This document shows positions 1-10,152 of a stretch of 64,000 nt of DNA, in pieces. The stretch's first letter is position 1. Each line of letters starts with the position of its first letter. The notes under the pieces are model-generated. The model searched no databases and had not been told where the DNA came from. It saw nothing but the letters and a program-made list of their open reading frames with translations. The stretch spans positions 1,144 through 65,143 of the forward strand of contig CAYQCH010000001.1 of assembly GCA_964415935.1 (NCBI GenBank), read 5' to 3'. Made by a program: the position numbers and the translations under genes. This stretch comes from an uncultured Gammaproteobacteria bacterium (GTDB taxonomy: Bacteria > Patescibacteriota > Patescibacteriia > VMEV01 > CAYQCH01).

Positions 1-326
1 ACCATATGTACGGCCTGCGGCTCACTACCGTAAGTCTCTTTTACCGCCATGCGCACCTGATGCTTGTTGGCGTCCACGGCAACATAGAACACATACTTAT
101 TCTGTGCCTGTAACCGGAAACTTTTTTCCGTAGAAGCCGGCTGCAACAATACATGCGCCATGACCAACTCTTTGGCATCAGAAGCGGGCTTGCCCATCGC
201 AACAGGTTTGCTGGATACGGGTTTCGCGGCAGGCTTCACGGCCTTGGATTTCTTTGCCGCAGCAGGCTTGGCTGACGCCGGTTCTTTGGTAGTCTTCTTT
301 CGTTTGAATGTGTCAAGAATACCCAT
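1..326 (-). CDS. rplW: 50S ribosomal protein L23 (3' end outside window); N-terminal Lys/Ala-rich extension
   Basis: Reverse-strand translation from ATG at 326 gives MGILDTFKRKK...ELVMAHVLLQPASTEKSFRLQAQNKYVFYVAVDANKHQVRMAVKETYG, a typical L23 core. It sits immediately downstream of L4 in conserved S10-operon order. Confidence 0.7.
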   Translation of the reverse strand, partial: MGILDTFKRKKTTKEPASAKPAAAKKSKAVKPAAKPVSSKPVAMGKPASDAKELVMAHVLLQPASTEKSFRLQAQNKYVFYVAVDANKHQVRMAVKETYGSEPQAVHM

Positions 327-335
327 AGAGAAACA

Positions 336-974
336 TTAAGCCTTGTTGGCGTAAAGCTGTTCAATCATCGACAGGGCCGCAACTGGCAGCACAATCGTCC
401 CCGCCTTCAACGTGTCATGAACATTCAAGCTTTCAACGCCGGACAACATGACGCCGGGGATATTGCGAGCGGAACGACTCATGTTTTTGGCCTCTTTATC
501 TAAAACAAATAAGGTTGTGCGGCCCTTTCGCGGAAGTTTAGCTAAAGCAGAGGCAACTTGTTTAGTTTTGATTTCCGGCAATGCCAGAGAATTTACCAAA
601 ATTAATTGCTGGGCAGCGACCTTATCAGACAAGACCATGCGCAAAGCCAATTGGCGAGTCTTTTTATTCATGCGCGTAGCATAACTACGCAAATTGCGCG
701 GACCAAAAGAAACACCGCCACCCTTCCAAATAGGGGTACGCGTGGAGCCATGGCGGGCTCGACCCGTATGCTTTTGCGCCCAAGGCTTTTTCCCGCCGCC
801 ACGCACTTCAGCGCGAGTCTTGGTGTGTGCCCATGGCTGGCGGCGATTGGCCAGCTGCGCGCGAACGACTTGCTGGACAACGACCGGATTCACGTCCACG
901 CCGAACACTGTCGGGTTCAACTCCTGTTGCCCCACCACTTCACCTGCCAGATTGTACACGTTTACTTTAGACAT
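336..974 (-). CDS. rplD: 50S ribosomal protein L4
   Basis: 212-aa ORF MSKVNVYNLAGEVVGQ...; L4 family signature and S10-operon position (L3-L4-L23). Confidence 0.9.
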   Translation of the reverse strand: MSKVNVYNLAGEVVGQQELNPTVFGVDVNPVVVQQVVRAQLANRRQPWAHTKTRAEVRGGGKKPWAQKHTGRARHGSTRTPIWKGGGVSFGPRNLRSYATRMNKKTRQLALRMVLSDKVAAQQLILVNSLALPEIKTKQVASALAKLPRKGRTTLFVLDKEAKNMSRSARNIPGVMLSGVESLNVHDTLKAGTIVLPVAALSMIEQLYANKA

Positions 975-994
975 ATGCGTTCGAATTCATGGCG

Positions 995-1705
995 TTAAGC
1001 TGCTGCGGTGACCTCAGCCGGCGCTTGTACGGGCTCGGCTTCAGGCTTCGCTGAAGCAAGAATGTTGACGGCGGGCTGCATGTCGCCCGGGCCGATCAAC
1101 ATGATCAGGGAATGACGCGCGCCGGGCAAGGCGCCCTTGACATACAACATGTTCTTTTCAGCATCAACACGGACAATTTCCAAATTCTTGATGGTGATAC
1201 GGTCAGTACCCATGCGCCCCGCCATACGCGTTCCTTTACGGACAGCGCCCTGGCGCTTGGAAGCAATGGAACCAGGCATGCGTTCCTGATCTTTGGTGCC
1301 GCGAGATGCCGGCTGACCAGCAAACCCATGACGTTTGACGACACCGGCAAAACCACGGCCTTTGGAGGTGCCGATGGCTTCCACTTTATCGCCAGCCTGA
1401 AAAGAAGCCACTGAAAGGGTATCGCCGATTGTCAACGAAGCGGCTGCGGGCAACCGCACTTCGCGCAAACGGTGAAACGGAGCCTGGCCAGCAGCCAAGA
1501 TGGATTTGAGATGACCACTAAGCGCTTTGCCTGGATGCTTCTTTTCACCGACGCCAATCTGGACGGCTTCGTATCCATCCTTTTCTGCTGTTTTGACCTG
1601 TGTTACCACGCAAGGGTCGGCCTTGACCATGGTCACAGGAACAATCGTACCGTCTTCACGATACAATTGTGTCATCTCCTGTTTGTAACCGAGTATAAAT
1701 TTCAT
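995..1705 (-). CDS. rplC: 50S ribosomal protein L3
   Basis: ORF 995..1777; the L3 core begins at internal Met25 (MKFILGYKQEMTQ...). Conserved L3 motifs GTSKGRGFAGVVKRHGF are present. Confidence 0.88.
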   Translation of the reverse strand: MKFILGYKQEMTQLYREDGTIVPVTMVKADPCVVTQVKTAEKDGYEAVQIGVGEKKHPGKALSGHLKSILAAGQAPFHRLREVRLPAAASLTIGDTLSVASFQAGDKVEAIGTSKGRGFAGVVKRHGFAGQPASRGTKDQERMPGSIASKRQGAVRKGTRMAGRMGTDRITIKNLEIVRVDAEKNMLYVKGALPGARHSLIMLIGPGDMQPAVNILASAKPEAEPVQAPAEVTAAA

Positions 1706-2001
1706 ATGCTTCTTTTTCAGTGTTAGTGCTCCCAAACGGGAGGTAACAAAAAGCCAGAAATTTTTTACCGCATACAAAATCCGGCAAAAAATTTCCGACC
1801 TTTATCACGAAAGACATGAAAAAGGTAATGTGTTCAAATCAAAGGGATTATCTCCTCTTGCGCGTCATGAGCCAATCAAGGTTTTCGTCCCGCTAAGCGG
1901 AAAGATCTTTCTTGAGTGTCGCGAGCCGCACATTTCCACAGTTCTGCGTGGAACTGAGCGTCAAATATCTTCGGCGCTCAGCCTCACGCAGGAGTGAGGG
2001 G
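1706..2001 (-). promoter_or_regulatory. Unusually long (296 nt) hairpin-rich spacer between rpsJ and rplC; candidate terminator/attenuator plus internal promoter or ribosomal-protein leader
   Basis: Several GC stems follow the rpsJ stop on the transcribed strand (cctcac/gtgagg, ctgagcg/cgctcag, ttccac/gtggaa, ccgc-tta-gcgg). These genes are normally adjacent. Confidence 0.3.
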
Positions 2002-2343
2002 TTACATCTTGATCTCGACGTCAACACCGGCTGGCAGGTTGAGGCTCATCAAAGAGTCAACCGTCTTGGGCGTTGGATCGATAATGTCAACGAGCCGCTT
2101 ATGGATGCGCATTTCGTACTGGTCGCGAGAATCCTTGTGAACGAAAGTGGATTTGTTGACCGTAAACTTGCGCTTTTCCGTCGGCAACGGGACAGGACCG
2201 ACCACATTGGCTCCGGAGCGGTGCGCGGTGTCGATGATGGTGCGCGTGCTCTGGTCAATAATTTTGTGGTCGTAAGCCAAAATCTTGATGCGAATGCGCT
2301 GCTTGGCTTCCTCCGTCTTTTCTTGTTTCTTTGCTGCTGACAT
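2002..2343 (-). CDS. rpsJ: 30S ribosomal protein S10
   Basis: ORF 2002..2355; the S10 core starts at Met5 (MSAAKKQEK...[17 protein letters not shown]...). Lies downstream of tuf as in the canonical layout. Confidence 0.9.
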   Translation of the reverse strand: MSAAKKQEKTEEAKQRIRIKILAYDHKIIDQSTRTIIDTAHRSGANVVGPVPLPTEKRKFTVNKSTFVHKDSRDQYEMRIHKRLVDIIDPTPKTVDSLMSLNLPAGVDVEIKM

Positions 2344-2391
2344 GTTTGGAAACAATAAGGAGAGCCCACGAGGGGCCCTCCATACATCACA

Positions 2392-3579
2392 TTACTTGAT
2401 AATCTTGGTAATAACACCGGCGCCTACCGTGCGACCGCCTTCGCGGATGGCAAAACGCTGTTGTTCTTCCATGGCAACCGGGACAATCAACTTGACCGTC
2501 ATCTTGGCCGTATCGCCAGGCATAACCATTTCCGCGCCGGACAAGGTAACCTCGCCAGTCACATCAGTTGTACGCATGTAAAACTGGGGTTTGTATCCGG
2601 TAAAAAACGGCTTATGACGACCGCCTTCTTCCTTGGTCAAAGAGTAGACTTCCGCTTCAAACTCAGTATGAGGAGTAACGGAACCCGGCTTGGCCAAAAC
2701 CTGACCGCGCTCAACGTCTTCCTTCTTCAAACCGCGGAGCAACAAACCGGCATTGTCACCAGCCTGACCGCGATCCAACTGTTTGTTGAACATTTCAATA
2801 CCCGTGACAACAGTCTTGGATGTGTCGCGAATACCGACAATTTCTACTTCGTCGTTCAGGTTAACAACACCGCGTTCAATACGACCGGTCACCACAGTGC
2901 CACGTCCTTCAATGCTGAAGACGTCTTCAACGGCCATCAGGAACGGCTTTTCAACGTCGCGCACAGGGGTTGGGATGAAGCTGTCGACAGCCTCAAGCAA
3001 GTCAATAATGCACTTGGCATCATCGCCACCAGGGTTGTTGAGGGCATTCAACGCAGACCCGCGGACAACCGGAGTTTCAGCTCCCGGGTAGCCGTGCTTC
3101 TTGAGCAATTCGCGGACTTCTTCTTCAACGAGGTCAACGTATTCCTTATCTTCCACAGCATCAACCTTGTTCAAAAACACAACAATGGAAGGGACGCCGA
3201 CCTGCTTGGCCAACAAAACGTGCTCGCTGGTCTGAGGCATGACGCCGTCAACAGCGGAGACCACAAGGATGGCGCCATCCATCTGCGCAGCACCTGTAAT
3301 CATGTTTTTCACGTAGTCGGCGTGGCCCGGACAATCGACGTGCGCGTAATGGCGGTTAGGAGAAGAGTATTCTACGTGCGCGGTGGCAATCGTAACGGTC
3401 TTGCTCGCATCACGTTCAATACCGCCCTTGGCGATATCCTTATAGTCTTTCTTCTTACCCAAACCACGAGCTTCCGCAACAGCGGTCAACGCGGCGGTCA
3501 ATGTGGTCTTGCCGTGGTCAACGTGGCCAATAGTACCTACGTTAACGTGTGGCTTGGAGCGGTCAAACATTTCGGCCAT
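2392..3579 (-). CDS. tuf: Elongation factor Tu
   Basis: 395-aa ORF with [17 protein letters not shown] and NKVD GTPase motifs; follows fusA. Confidence 0.97.
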   Translation of the reverse strand: MAEMFDRSKPHVNVGTIGHVDHGKTTLTAALTAVAEARGLGKKKDYKDIAKGGIERDASKTVTIATAHVEYSSPNRHYAHVDCPGHADYVKNMITGAAQMDGAILVVSAVDGVMPQTSEHVLLAKQVGVPSIVVFLNKVDAVEDKEYVDLVEEEVRELLKKHGYPGAETPVVRGSALNALNNPGGDDAKCIIDLLEAVDSFIPTPVRDVEKPFLMAVEDVFSIEGRGTVVTGRIERGVVNLNDEVEIVGIRDTSKTVVTGIEMFNKQLDRGQAGDNAGLLLRGLKKEDVERGQVLAKPGSVTPHTEFEAEVYSLTKEEGGRHKPFFTGYKPQFYMRTTDVTGEVTLSGAEMVMPGDTAKMTVKLIVPVAMEEQQRFAIREGGRTVGAGVITKIIK

Positions 3580-3629
3580 ACGAAGTTCTTAATGATGTAA
3601 ATCCGCGTTGCGGATGTTATTGCAGTAAG

Positions 3630-3660
3630 GAAAAACCCCAATACGGGGTTTTGTGATAAA
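3630..3660 (-). terminator. Rho-independent terminator-like hairpin (bidirectional) ending the rpsL-rpsG-fusA-small-ORF transcript upstream of tuf
   Basis: Sequence aaaaaccccaatacggggttttgtg: GC stem cccc/gggg flanked by an A-run and a T-run. Confidence 0.45.
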
Positions 3661-3783
3661 CCGTAATTCCTCTAAAAGTTGCCTAAATTATAACAGAGAA
3701 TTGAAAAATTGCAACTGGTGTCAACTCCCTGATTTTTCTAAAGAACAAACAGACAATCTTTTGGCCAACATTAGCAAAAATTT

Positions 3784-4080
3784 TTATTTCTGTCCATCCA
3801 GCGACTCGTCTCCGGATTCTTCATAAGCCAGCGGCTCAAACTCGTAGTTGTCCGCAAGCATTGACGACTCAGCGGCGCCGCCGACCGTTTGTTGAACAGG
3901 ATCGGCATTTGGACGCGGACGCGACACGAGGGTGTCGTTGTCCCGCTGGGGGGAGATGGCCTGCTCGTATTCTTTAATCGGCAAAATGACAAACGGCTCT
4001 TCCCCACCCTCCGGCAAAACGATCAGGCGATCGCCGGTGCGACTGGCAAGTTTGAGCAGTTGAGAGAGCCGTTTGTCCAT
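3784..4080 (-). CDS. Small acidic-tailed hypothetical protein (98 aa); N-terminal region resembles the Phd/YefM antitoxin-type fold
   Basis: ORF begins 8 nt after the fusA stop and is followed by a terminator. N-terminus LSQLLKLASRTGDRLIVLPEGGEEPFVILPIKEYEQA matches the Phd/YefM pattern (L..x..G..v.I.r.G.p.aVl...eYE). C-terminus is acidic (EFEPLAYEESGDESLDGQK). No toxin partner is seen. Confidence 0.4.
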   Translation of the reverse strand: MDKRLSQLLKLASRTGDRLIVLPEGGEEPFVILPIKEYEQAISPQRDNDTLVSRPRPNADPVQQTVGGAAESSMLADNYEFEPLAYEESGDESLDGQK

Positions 4081-4088
4081 ATGCGTGA

Positions 4089-6197
4089 TTACTTGGTTCC
4101 GGTTCCGGCGCGTTCGGCTTTCACCTTTTCCGCAACGTTGGCAGGTACTTCAGCATAATGGCTGAACTCCATGCTGGAGCTGGCGCGGCCCTGGCTCATG
4201 GAGCGCAATTCCGTCACATACCCGAACATCTCTGAAAGCGGAACGATGCCGCGGACAACCTTTGCCGTGCCGCGCTCCGTCATTTCATTGACCTGGCCGC
4301 GTCGCGCGTTCAAATCACCGATGACGTCACCCATGAAATCCTCAGGCGTGGTAATTTCCAGCTTCATCATCGGTTCGAGCAGGACGATTTTCGCTTTCTT
4401 TGCCGCCTCCTGGAAGGCCATGGAACCTGCCATCTTAAAGGCGACTTCCGAGGAGTCGACATCGTGGAAGGAGCCGTCGTACACCGTTACGTCGACATTG
4501 ACCACCGGATACCCGGCCAAAATGCCGCGGGACATGGCTTCTTCAACGCCCTTTTCAATAGGCTTGATGAATTCGCGGGGAATGACGCCGCCCTTAACTT
4601 CATCATGGAATTCAAATTCCTTGCCTTCAGCATGCGGCTTGACTCGCAACCAGCAATGACCGTATTGGCCGCGGCCACCGGACTGCTTGATGTACTTGCC
4701 TTCCGCTTCGGCTTCGCCCGTGATGGTTTCACGGTAAGCGACCTGGGGCTTACCGACATTTGCTTCGACTTTGAATTCGCGTTTCATGCGGTCGACCATG
4801 ATCTCCAGGTGCAATTCACCCATACCGGCAATGATTGTCTGGCCTGTTTCTTCATCCGTGCTGACGCTGAATGTCGGATCTTCTTCAGCCAGTTTACGCA
4901 AAGCAACACCAAGCTTTTCTTGATCAGCCTTGGACTTCGGTTCAATGGCCAGGCTGATAACCGGTTTGGCGAAGCTGATCTTTTCCAACAAAATCGGATG
5001 GTCAGGATCACAAAGAGTCTGTCCGGTGATCGTGTCTTTCAAACCGACAATGGCTCCGATATTGCCAGCGGTAATCTCCTCAACCTCTTCACGATGGTTG
5101 GCATGCAGCTGCACCAGGCGGCTGATGCGTTCTTTCTGACCGGTATTGGTGTTGTAGATGTACGTACCAGCCTTCATGACTCCGGAATAGACGCGCACAA
5201 AACACAACTTTCCGACAAACGGATCCGTGGCAATCTTAAACGCCAGGGCGGTCAAAGGTTCGGAGTCTTTCGCTTCGCGGGTAATCTTCACGGATTCGTC
5301 GGCAGGATCTGATCCTGTGACTGCCGGGATGTCCAACGGTGACGGCAAGTAGTCTGTAACAGCATCGAGCAACCGTTGCACGCCTTTGTTCTTCAAGGCA
5401 GATCCGCAAAGAATGGGGTAAAAATGCAGGCCGACGACTCCCTTGCGGATGGCGGCTTTTAATTCATCAACACTGATGTCTTTGCCCTCGAAATACTTGT
5501 TCATCAAAGCTTCATCATTCTCGGCGGCGGCCTCAATCAGCTGCTGGCGGTACTTCTTTGCCTCGTCCACCATCTCGGCCGGCACATCGGTTACTTGGAT
5601 GTCTGTACCCATTTCATTGGTGTAAATATATGCGTTCATCTGCACCAAATCGATGATGCCCTTGAAGTTATCTTCCGAGCCAATTGGCAGCTGGATGGGA
5701 AAAGCATTCTTGCCCAAACGTTCGTGAATGGACTTCACATCAGCGTAAAAATCCGCGCCCGTGCGATCAAGCTTGTTGATGAAACACAAGCGAGGAACCT
5801 GGTATTTGTCCGCCTGGCGCCAGACGGTTTCAGACTGCGGCTCCACGCCCGCAACACCGTCAAACACGACAACACCGCCGTCCAGCACGCGCAGGGAGCG
5901 CTCTACTTCAACGGTAAAGTCGACGTGACCGGGAGTGTCAATGAGGTTAATCTGATGCTTGGCGTTGTTCTGCGTGTTCGTCCAGAAACAGGTGGTGGCG
6001 GCGGCGGTAATGGTGATGCCACGTTCGCGCTCCTGTTCCATCCAGTCCATGGTAGCTTCGCCTTCATGAACTTCACCAATCTTATAATTCTTTCCCGTGT
6101 AATAGAGAATGCGTTCGCTGGTCGTGGTTTTGCCGGCATCAATGTGGGCAATGATACCGATGTTCCGGACCATGTTAAGCGGGGTTCGTTCGGCCAT
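4089..6197 (-). CDS. fusA: Elongation factor G
   Basis: 702-aa ORF; [10 protein letters not shown] and DTPGHVDF GTPase motifs and full EF-G domain order. Confidence 0.97.
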   Translation of the reverse strand: MAERTPLNMVRNIGIIAHIDAGKTTTSERILYYTGKNYKIGEVHEGEATMDWMEQERERGITITAAATTCFWTNTQNNAKHQINLIDTPGHVDFTVEVERSLRVLDGGVVVFDGVAGVEPQSETVWRQADKYQVPRLCFINKLDRTGADFYADVKSIHERLGKNAFPIQLPIGSEDNFKGIIDLVQMNAYIYTNEMGTDIQVTDVPAEMVDEAKKYRQQLIEAAAENDEALMNKYFEGKDISVDELKAAIRKGVVGLHFYPILCGSALKNKGVQRLLDAVTDYLPSPLDIPAVTGSDPADESVKITREAKDSEPLTALAFKIATDPFVGKLCFVRVYSGVMKAGTYIYNTNTGQKERISRLVQLHANHREEVEEITAGNIGAIVGLKDTITGQTLCDPDHPILLEKISFAKPVISLAIEPKSKADQEKLGVALRKLAEEDPTFSVSTDEETGQTIIAGMGELHLEIMVDRMKREFKVEANVGKPQVAYRETITGEAEAEGKYIKQSGGRGQYGHCWLRVKPHAEGKEFEFHDEVKGGVIPREFIKPIEKGVEEAMSRGILAGYPVVNVDVTVYDGSFHDVDSSEVAFKMAGSMAFQEAAKKAKIVLLEPMMKLEITTPEDFMGDVIGDLNARRGQVNEMTERGTAKVVRGIVPLSEMFGYVTELRSMSQGRASSSMEFSHYAEVPANVAEKVKAERAGTGTK

Positions 6198-6215
6198 AGA
6201 ATTTTGTATGGTTGA

Positions 6216-6683
6216 TTAACGGGCAAAGTGGGCAAAGGCGCGGTTTGCCTCGGCCATTTTCTGCACGGTTTCGCGCTTTTTCATGGCTGAACCTTCTTTC
6301 TTGGCGGCATCCATGAATTCCTGGGCGAGCTTCTCTTGCATCGGCTTTCCCTTGCGCTCTTTGGCGGCATCGATGATCCAGCGGCAAGCCAGCAAAAACC
6401 GGCGTTCGGCCTTTACCTGGATGGGGATTTGGTAGTTGGCGCCACCGATACGGCGTCCCTTTACTTCCAATGTTGGTGCAACATTCTTAATGGCGGTTTC
6501 AAAAACCTCCAAAGGATTCTTTTTGGTCTTGTCTGCGACGACGTCAAAAGACTGATACACAATGCGCTGGGCCAGACTTTTTTTGCCGCGACGCATGAGG
6601 TAATTGATGAACTTCGCGACCTCCGCGTTCTGAAACTTGGGATCGGGAATGATTTCACGTTTTGGGGCTCGTTTTCCACGCAT
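6216..6683 (-). CDS. rpsG: 30S ribosomal protein S7
   Basis: 155-aa ORF MRGKRAPKREIIPDPKFQNAEVAKFINYLMRRGKKSLAQRIVY... typical of S7. Confidence 0.95.
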   Translation of the reverse strand: MRGKRAPKREIIPDPKFQNAEVAKFINYLMRRGKKSLAQRIVYQSFDVVADKTKKNPLEVFETAIKNVAPTLEVKGRRIGGANYQIPIQVKAERRFLLACRWIIDAAKERKGKPMQEKLAQEFMDAAKKEGSAMKKRETVQKMAEANRAFAHFAR

Positions 6684-6699
6684 ATCAAATCATTTGAAA

Positions 6700-7125
6700 T
6701 TAACTGGAAGCCTTCGGACGGCGCGCGCCGTACAAGGAGCGGCCTTGCTTGCGTCCTTCCACGCCTTGAGTGTCATATACGCCGCGAACAATGTGGTAGC
6801 GGACACCTGGCAAATCTTTCACGCGGCCGCCGCGGATCATGACGATGGAGTGTTCCTGCAAGTTATGGCCTTCGCCGGGAATGTATGCCGTTACTTCAAT
6901 GCCGTTAGACAAGCGGACACGGGCGATTTTGCGCAAAGCGGAGTTCGGCTTTTTGGGCGTCATGGTCGTGACTTTGGTGCAAACGCCGCGCTTAAAAGGA
7001 TGGCCCATGGGCATGGTGCTGCGTTTGCGGTGCAAAGAATCCAGAGTGACCTGCATGGCCGGGGCTTTGGACTTGCGGCGCTGCGGCTTGCGCGGTTTGC
7101 GGACAAGTTGATTGATTGTTGCCAT
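6700..7125 (-). CDS. rpsL: 30S ribosomal protein S12
   Basis: 141-aa [26 protein letters not shown]...; S12 signature. Confidence 0.95.
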   Translation of the reverse strand: MATINQLVRKPRKPQRRKSKAPAMQVTLDSLHRKRSTMPMGHPFKRGVCTKVTTMTPKKPNSALRKIARVRLSNGIEVTAYIPGEGHNLQEHSIVMIRGGRVKDLPGVRYHIVRGVYDTQGVEGRKQGRSLYGARRPKASS

Positions 7126-7159
7126 AGCGTATTAAGGGTTTCGTTTATATAAAAGAAAA

Positions 7160-7196
7160 CTGACCGCTATAAAACGGTTCAGCTTTGCAACCCTCG
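7160..7196 (-). terminator. Terminator-like imperfect hairpin plus U-tract after the M50 protease gene
   Basis: Minus strand reads gcaaagctgaaccgttttatagcggtcagttttctttt. Confidence 0.35.
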
Positions 7197-7293
7197 CCCG
7201 GGTACACGCAGCCACGCGTGATGTCCCTGGCGAAAAAGCCGTTTTCAGTTATGGCTAAACCCTACCAAGAATGGCTTGGGGCGTCAAGAGAAA

Positions 7294-7944
7294 TCAAAAG
7301 AGAGACACCAGAGCAATCACCGTCCACTCTAACCCCGAGAGCACGGTTCTGAACAAACCGCCAAAAAAGGACACGGGTGAAGAAGCGTCCAATAAAACAG
7401 CTAATAACAGCAAAAAGGGACCATAGTTGGCCAGCCAGTTTTTTACATGGTCAAAACGGTCAGGCAAGACAGCATCGAGAACCTTCGAGCCGTCTAAGGG
7501 ATGGATCGGCAATAAATTGAAAACAAGTAATGCCACGTTAAATTGCGCCAGAAATAGCAGGAAAACATACAACAGCGAGTTGGAAGGCATCCCCCTGCCG
7601 ACCAGGATGGCTAGCGCTAAAATAGCAATAAAGGCGAGGATAAGATTGGAAATAGGTCCGGCCAAGCCGATCCAGGCGGCGCCCCACTTAGGGTTTTTGA
7701 GGTAGCGGTCATCAAACGGCACGGGGCGCCCAAAGCCAAATCCTGCGGTAATCAGCAACAAAAAACCGATGGGGTGCATATGAACAAGCGGATTGAGTGT
7801 CAGGCGCCCCAAAGACTTCGGCGTGGGATCTCCCAACCGGTCGGCCACATAAGCATGAGCGAATTCGTGAACCGTAAATGCAATCACCAAAGATAAAAAA
7901 ACCGGTATAAGCAATGCGGGCTGGGAAAGGAGTGATAGGATCAT
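7294..7944 (-). CDS. Site-2 protease family (peptidase M50) integral-membrane zinc metalloprotease
   Basis: HEFAH zinc motif and NLLPIHPLDGSKV (the LDG motif of S2P/M50) with multiple TM helices. Likely start is Met17 (MILSLLSQ). Extended -10 TGCTATACT lies about 40 nt upstream. Confidence 0.75.
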   Translation of the reverse strand: MILSLLSQPALLIPVFLSLVIAFTVHEFAHAYVADRLGDPTPKSLGRLTLNPLVHMHPIGFLLLITAGFGFGRPVPFDDRYLKNPKWGAAWIGLAGPISNLILAFIAILALAILVGRGMPSNSLLYVFLLFLAQFNVALLVFNLLPIHPLDGSKVLDAVLPDRFDHVKNWLANYGPFLLLLAVLLDASSPVSFFGGLFRTVLSGLEWTVIALVSLF

Positions 7945-8016
7945 AAAAAACCGGCTTGACAAAAACTTAGGTTCGCTGTTAGAGTATAGCAATCGTCGTT
8001 AAAAGTGAATACATTT

Positions 8017-8220
8017 ATGGCCCGTATTTGTGGCATTTGTGGCAAAGGATCGCAGGTCGTAACACCCCGCAAACTTTTGCGCGCCCACTATAATCCTACC
8101 AGCAAGCAACGCCGCTACCCGAACCTGCAGACCCTTCGCATCTCGGGTACAAAATTGCGTTTGTGCACCCGTTGCCTGAAGACCATGAAGCGGAAAGTCG
8201 CACAGCAGCACGGATCATAA
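8017..8220 (+). CDS. rpmB: 50S ribosomal protein L28
   Basis: MARICGICGKGSQVVTPRKLLRAHYNP...; L28-like size and motifs (ORF 8005..8220, start at Met5). Confidence 0.7.
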   Translation: MARICGICGKGSQVVTPRKLLRAHYNPTSKQRRYPNLQTLRISGTKLRLCTRCLKTMKRKVAQQHGS

Positions 8221-8242
8221 CAGTTCTCCAATTACTTTTGGC

Positions 8243-8271
8243 AAAACGCTCCGAATCCCGGAGCGTTTTTC
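8243..8271. terminator. Bidirectional Rho-independent terminator between convergent rpmB and queA
   Basis: Sequence aaaacgctccgaatcccggagcgttttt: 8-bp GC stem with flanking A-run and T-run. Confidence 0.65.
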
Positions 8272-9301
8272 AGTCTATAAACATGGCGTCGCCAAAAGAA
8301 AAAAATCGGTATCTTTTTTGTATAGCCTCGTCATAGGCTTTCCGTATAAATTGCTGCCCAGCAAAGGCATAGACGAGTGCGAGCAAACTGGAATGCGGCG
8401 TGTGAAAATTGGTAATGAGGGCGTCAACAGCCTTGAACTGATATCCCGGGTAAATAAATATGCGTGTTTCCCCGCTGATCTCCCGTGATTGGCCGCGAAG
8501 CGACGGATCAGAAAAGACTGTTTCCAAAACTCGGACGCTAGTCGTGCCGACAGCGACGATACGCCTCCCTTCTTGCTTGGCCTGGCGAAGCCGCTGAAGG
8601 GTTTGCGCCCCAAGCGAGTACCACTCGCTATGAATGGGATGATCTTCCACATGGTCGGTCTTAATGGGCTGAAAGGTACCGAGGCCGACATGGAGCGTGA
8701 CAAATTCCTGCTGTACACCTTTTTGGATTAGACGATCGATTAGTTCCTGGGTGAAGTGCAACCCGGCGGTAGGCGCGGCAGCGGAGCCGGAATCTTGGGC
8801 AAAGACGGTCTGATATAAGGCCGCATCCTTCAGCGTTTTTTTAATATACGGCGGTGTGGGCATGGTGCCGATGGTCTCTATGGCACGCACCAACTCCGCC
8901 CCGCTTTTATTGAATTGCACCGTGGCTGTGGGGGTTGAGGCTGTCGGCCGGGTTATGACGGTTGCCGCCAGGCTTTTCGAACAGGAAAGCCTCTCTCCTG
9001 TATCCGCTTTTCCGCCCAACAGGCACTGCCACATTCCCCGCCCCAAATCGCGCAGCAAAAGGATCTCCACACGGCCTCCGCTGCCGCGTTTGGCCAATAT
9101 GCGCGCTGGCAGCACCTTGGAGTTGTTAAACACCAGCACATCTCCCGCCCGAAGATACGAAAAAATTTCCGTAAAGGTCTTGTGTTCCGCCGAACGGGTT
9201 GCCCGATGAAGGATCATCAGGCGGCAAGCATCCCTCGGCAATACGGGCTCCTGGGCGATGAGTTCCTGCGGCAAATCAAAATGCAGTTCATCGCGGCGCA
9301 T
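8270..9301 (-). CDS. queA: S-adenosylmethionine:tRNA ribosyltransferase-isomerase
   Basis: 343-aa ORF MRRDELHFDLPQELIAQEPV...; QueA N- and C-terminal conserved blocks (ends ...FFSFGDAMFI). Confidence 0.85.
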   Translation of the reverse strand: MRRDELHFDLPQELIAQEPVLPRDACRLMILHRATRSAEHKTFTEIFSYLRAGDVLVFNNSKVLPARILAKRGSGGRVEILLLRDLGRGMWQCLLGGKADTGERLSCSKSLAATVITRPTASTPTATVQFNKSGAELVRAIETIGTMPTPPYIKKTLKDAALYQTVFAQDSGSAAAPTAGLHFTQELIDRLIQKGVQQEFVTLHVGLGTFQPIKTDHVEDHPIHSEWYSLGAQTLQRLRQAKQEGRRIVAVGTTSVRVLETVFSDPSLRGQSREISGETRIFIYPGYQFKAVDALITNFHTPHSSLLALVYAFAGQQFIRKAYDEAIQKRYRFFSFGDAMFID

Positions 9302-9306
9302 AGCGC

Positions 9307-10137
9307 TTAGACGCTCAATGGTTTGCCCTCCGCAACGCTCTTAGCCGAGTCTTTAGCGGTTGCGGCAGAGCCCTGTCCGCCATACCGGCGTGAACGACTG
9401 GAAAATTCTTCCAGGGCTTTGTCCAGTTGTGCTTCATCAAAATCCGGCCACAAAACGTCAGTAAAGTACAGCTCGCTGTAACTCATCTGCCACAGCAGAA
9501 AATTGGATAAGCGCATTTCCCCGCCTGTACGGATGATGAGATCGGGGTCGGGCTGGCCACGGGTATACAAATGCTGAGCAACAAGCTCTTCATTGATCTC
9601 TTTGGCGCTTTTCCCGCTTTCCACCAGTTCCTTAATGGCAGAAACGATTTCCGTCCTCCCGCCATAGTTAAACATGATGTTGCACTTGATGCGCTCGTTG
9701 TCTTTTAGCACCTCCACGGCTTGTTTCATGTTGCGCTGCACGCGTTCGGGAAGCCGGCGAAGTTCGCCCAAAAAGCTGAGGCGGACGCCAGACTGGCGCA
9801 TGCGTTTGACTTCGCGGCGGAGCCCGGTAACAGTCAGTTCAAACAGATCGGCGATTTCCGCCGCGCTGCGCTTTTTAAAATTTTCGGTGCTGAATGCGTA
9901 AAACGTTACAATCTGGACCCCGCGCGCCGCCGCCGCATCAACCATTCGCGACAACGTTTCCAGGCCGGCACGATGCCCGTCAGCGGTACTTAGGCCGCGC
10001 TGCTTTGCCCAGCGGCGATTTCCGTCCATGATGATTCCAATATGTTTCGGTACGCTCATATTCAAAGTAAAGAACCGCCGCGCGCAGGCGTGGCGGCGGT
10101 AATTGGCTATCATAGCCGAGGTTGGGGCCTGCGGCAA
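9307..10137 (-). CDS. uppS: Undecaprenyl-diphosphate synthase (cis-isoprenyl transferase)
   Basis: IIMDGNRRWA and the RTGGEMRLSNFLLWQ...SELYF motifs. The start may instead be Met27 (position 10059). Confidence 0.85.
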   Translation of the reverse strand: MPQAPTSAMIANYRRHACARRFFTLNMSVPKHIGIIMDGNRRWAKQRGLSTADGHRAGLETLSRMVDAAAARGVQIVTFYAFSTENFKKRSAAEIADLFELTVTGLRREVKRMRQSGVRLSFLGELRRLPERVQRNMKQAVEVLKDNERIKCNIMFNYGGRTEIVSAIKELVESGKSAKEINEELVAQHLYTRGQPDPDLIIRTGGEMRLSNFLLWQMSYSELYFTDVLWPDFDEAQLDKALEEFSSRSRRYGGQGSAATAKDSAKSVAEGKPLSV

Positions 10138-10152
10138 GCGGGAGCACTTGTG

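Noticed and set aside
2461-3600. 379-aa plus-strand ORF antisense to tuf, with similar long antisense ORFs at 4464..5312, 16007..17002, 30811..31686, 41313..42170 and 52283..53680
   Set aside because: These are shadow ORFs on the opposite strand of strongly supported conserved genes in GC-rich DNA. Their sequences are low-complexity and they have no start-site features or homology.
3784-4080. Calling the small ORF a bona fide toxin-antitoxin antitoxin
   Set aside because: No adjacent toxin gene is present and the similarity is motif-level only. It is reported as a Phd/YefM-like fold hypothesis rather than a TA system.
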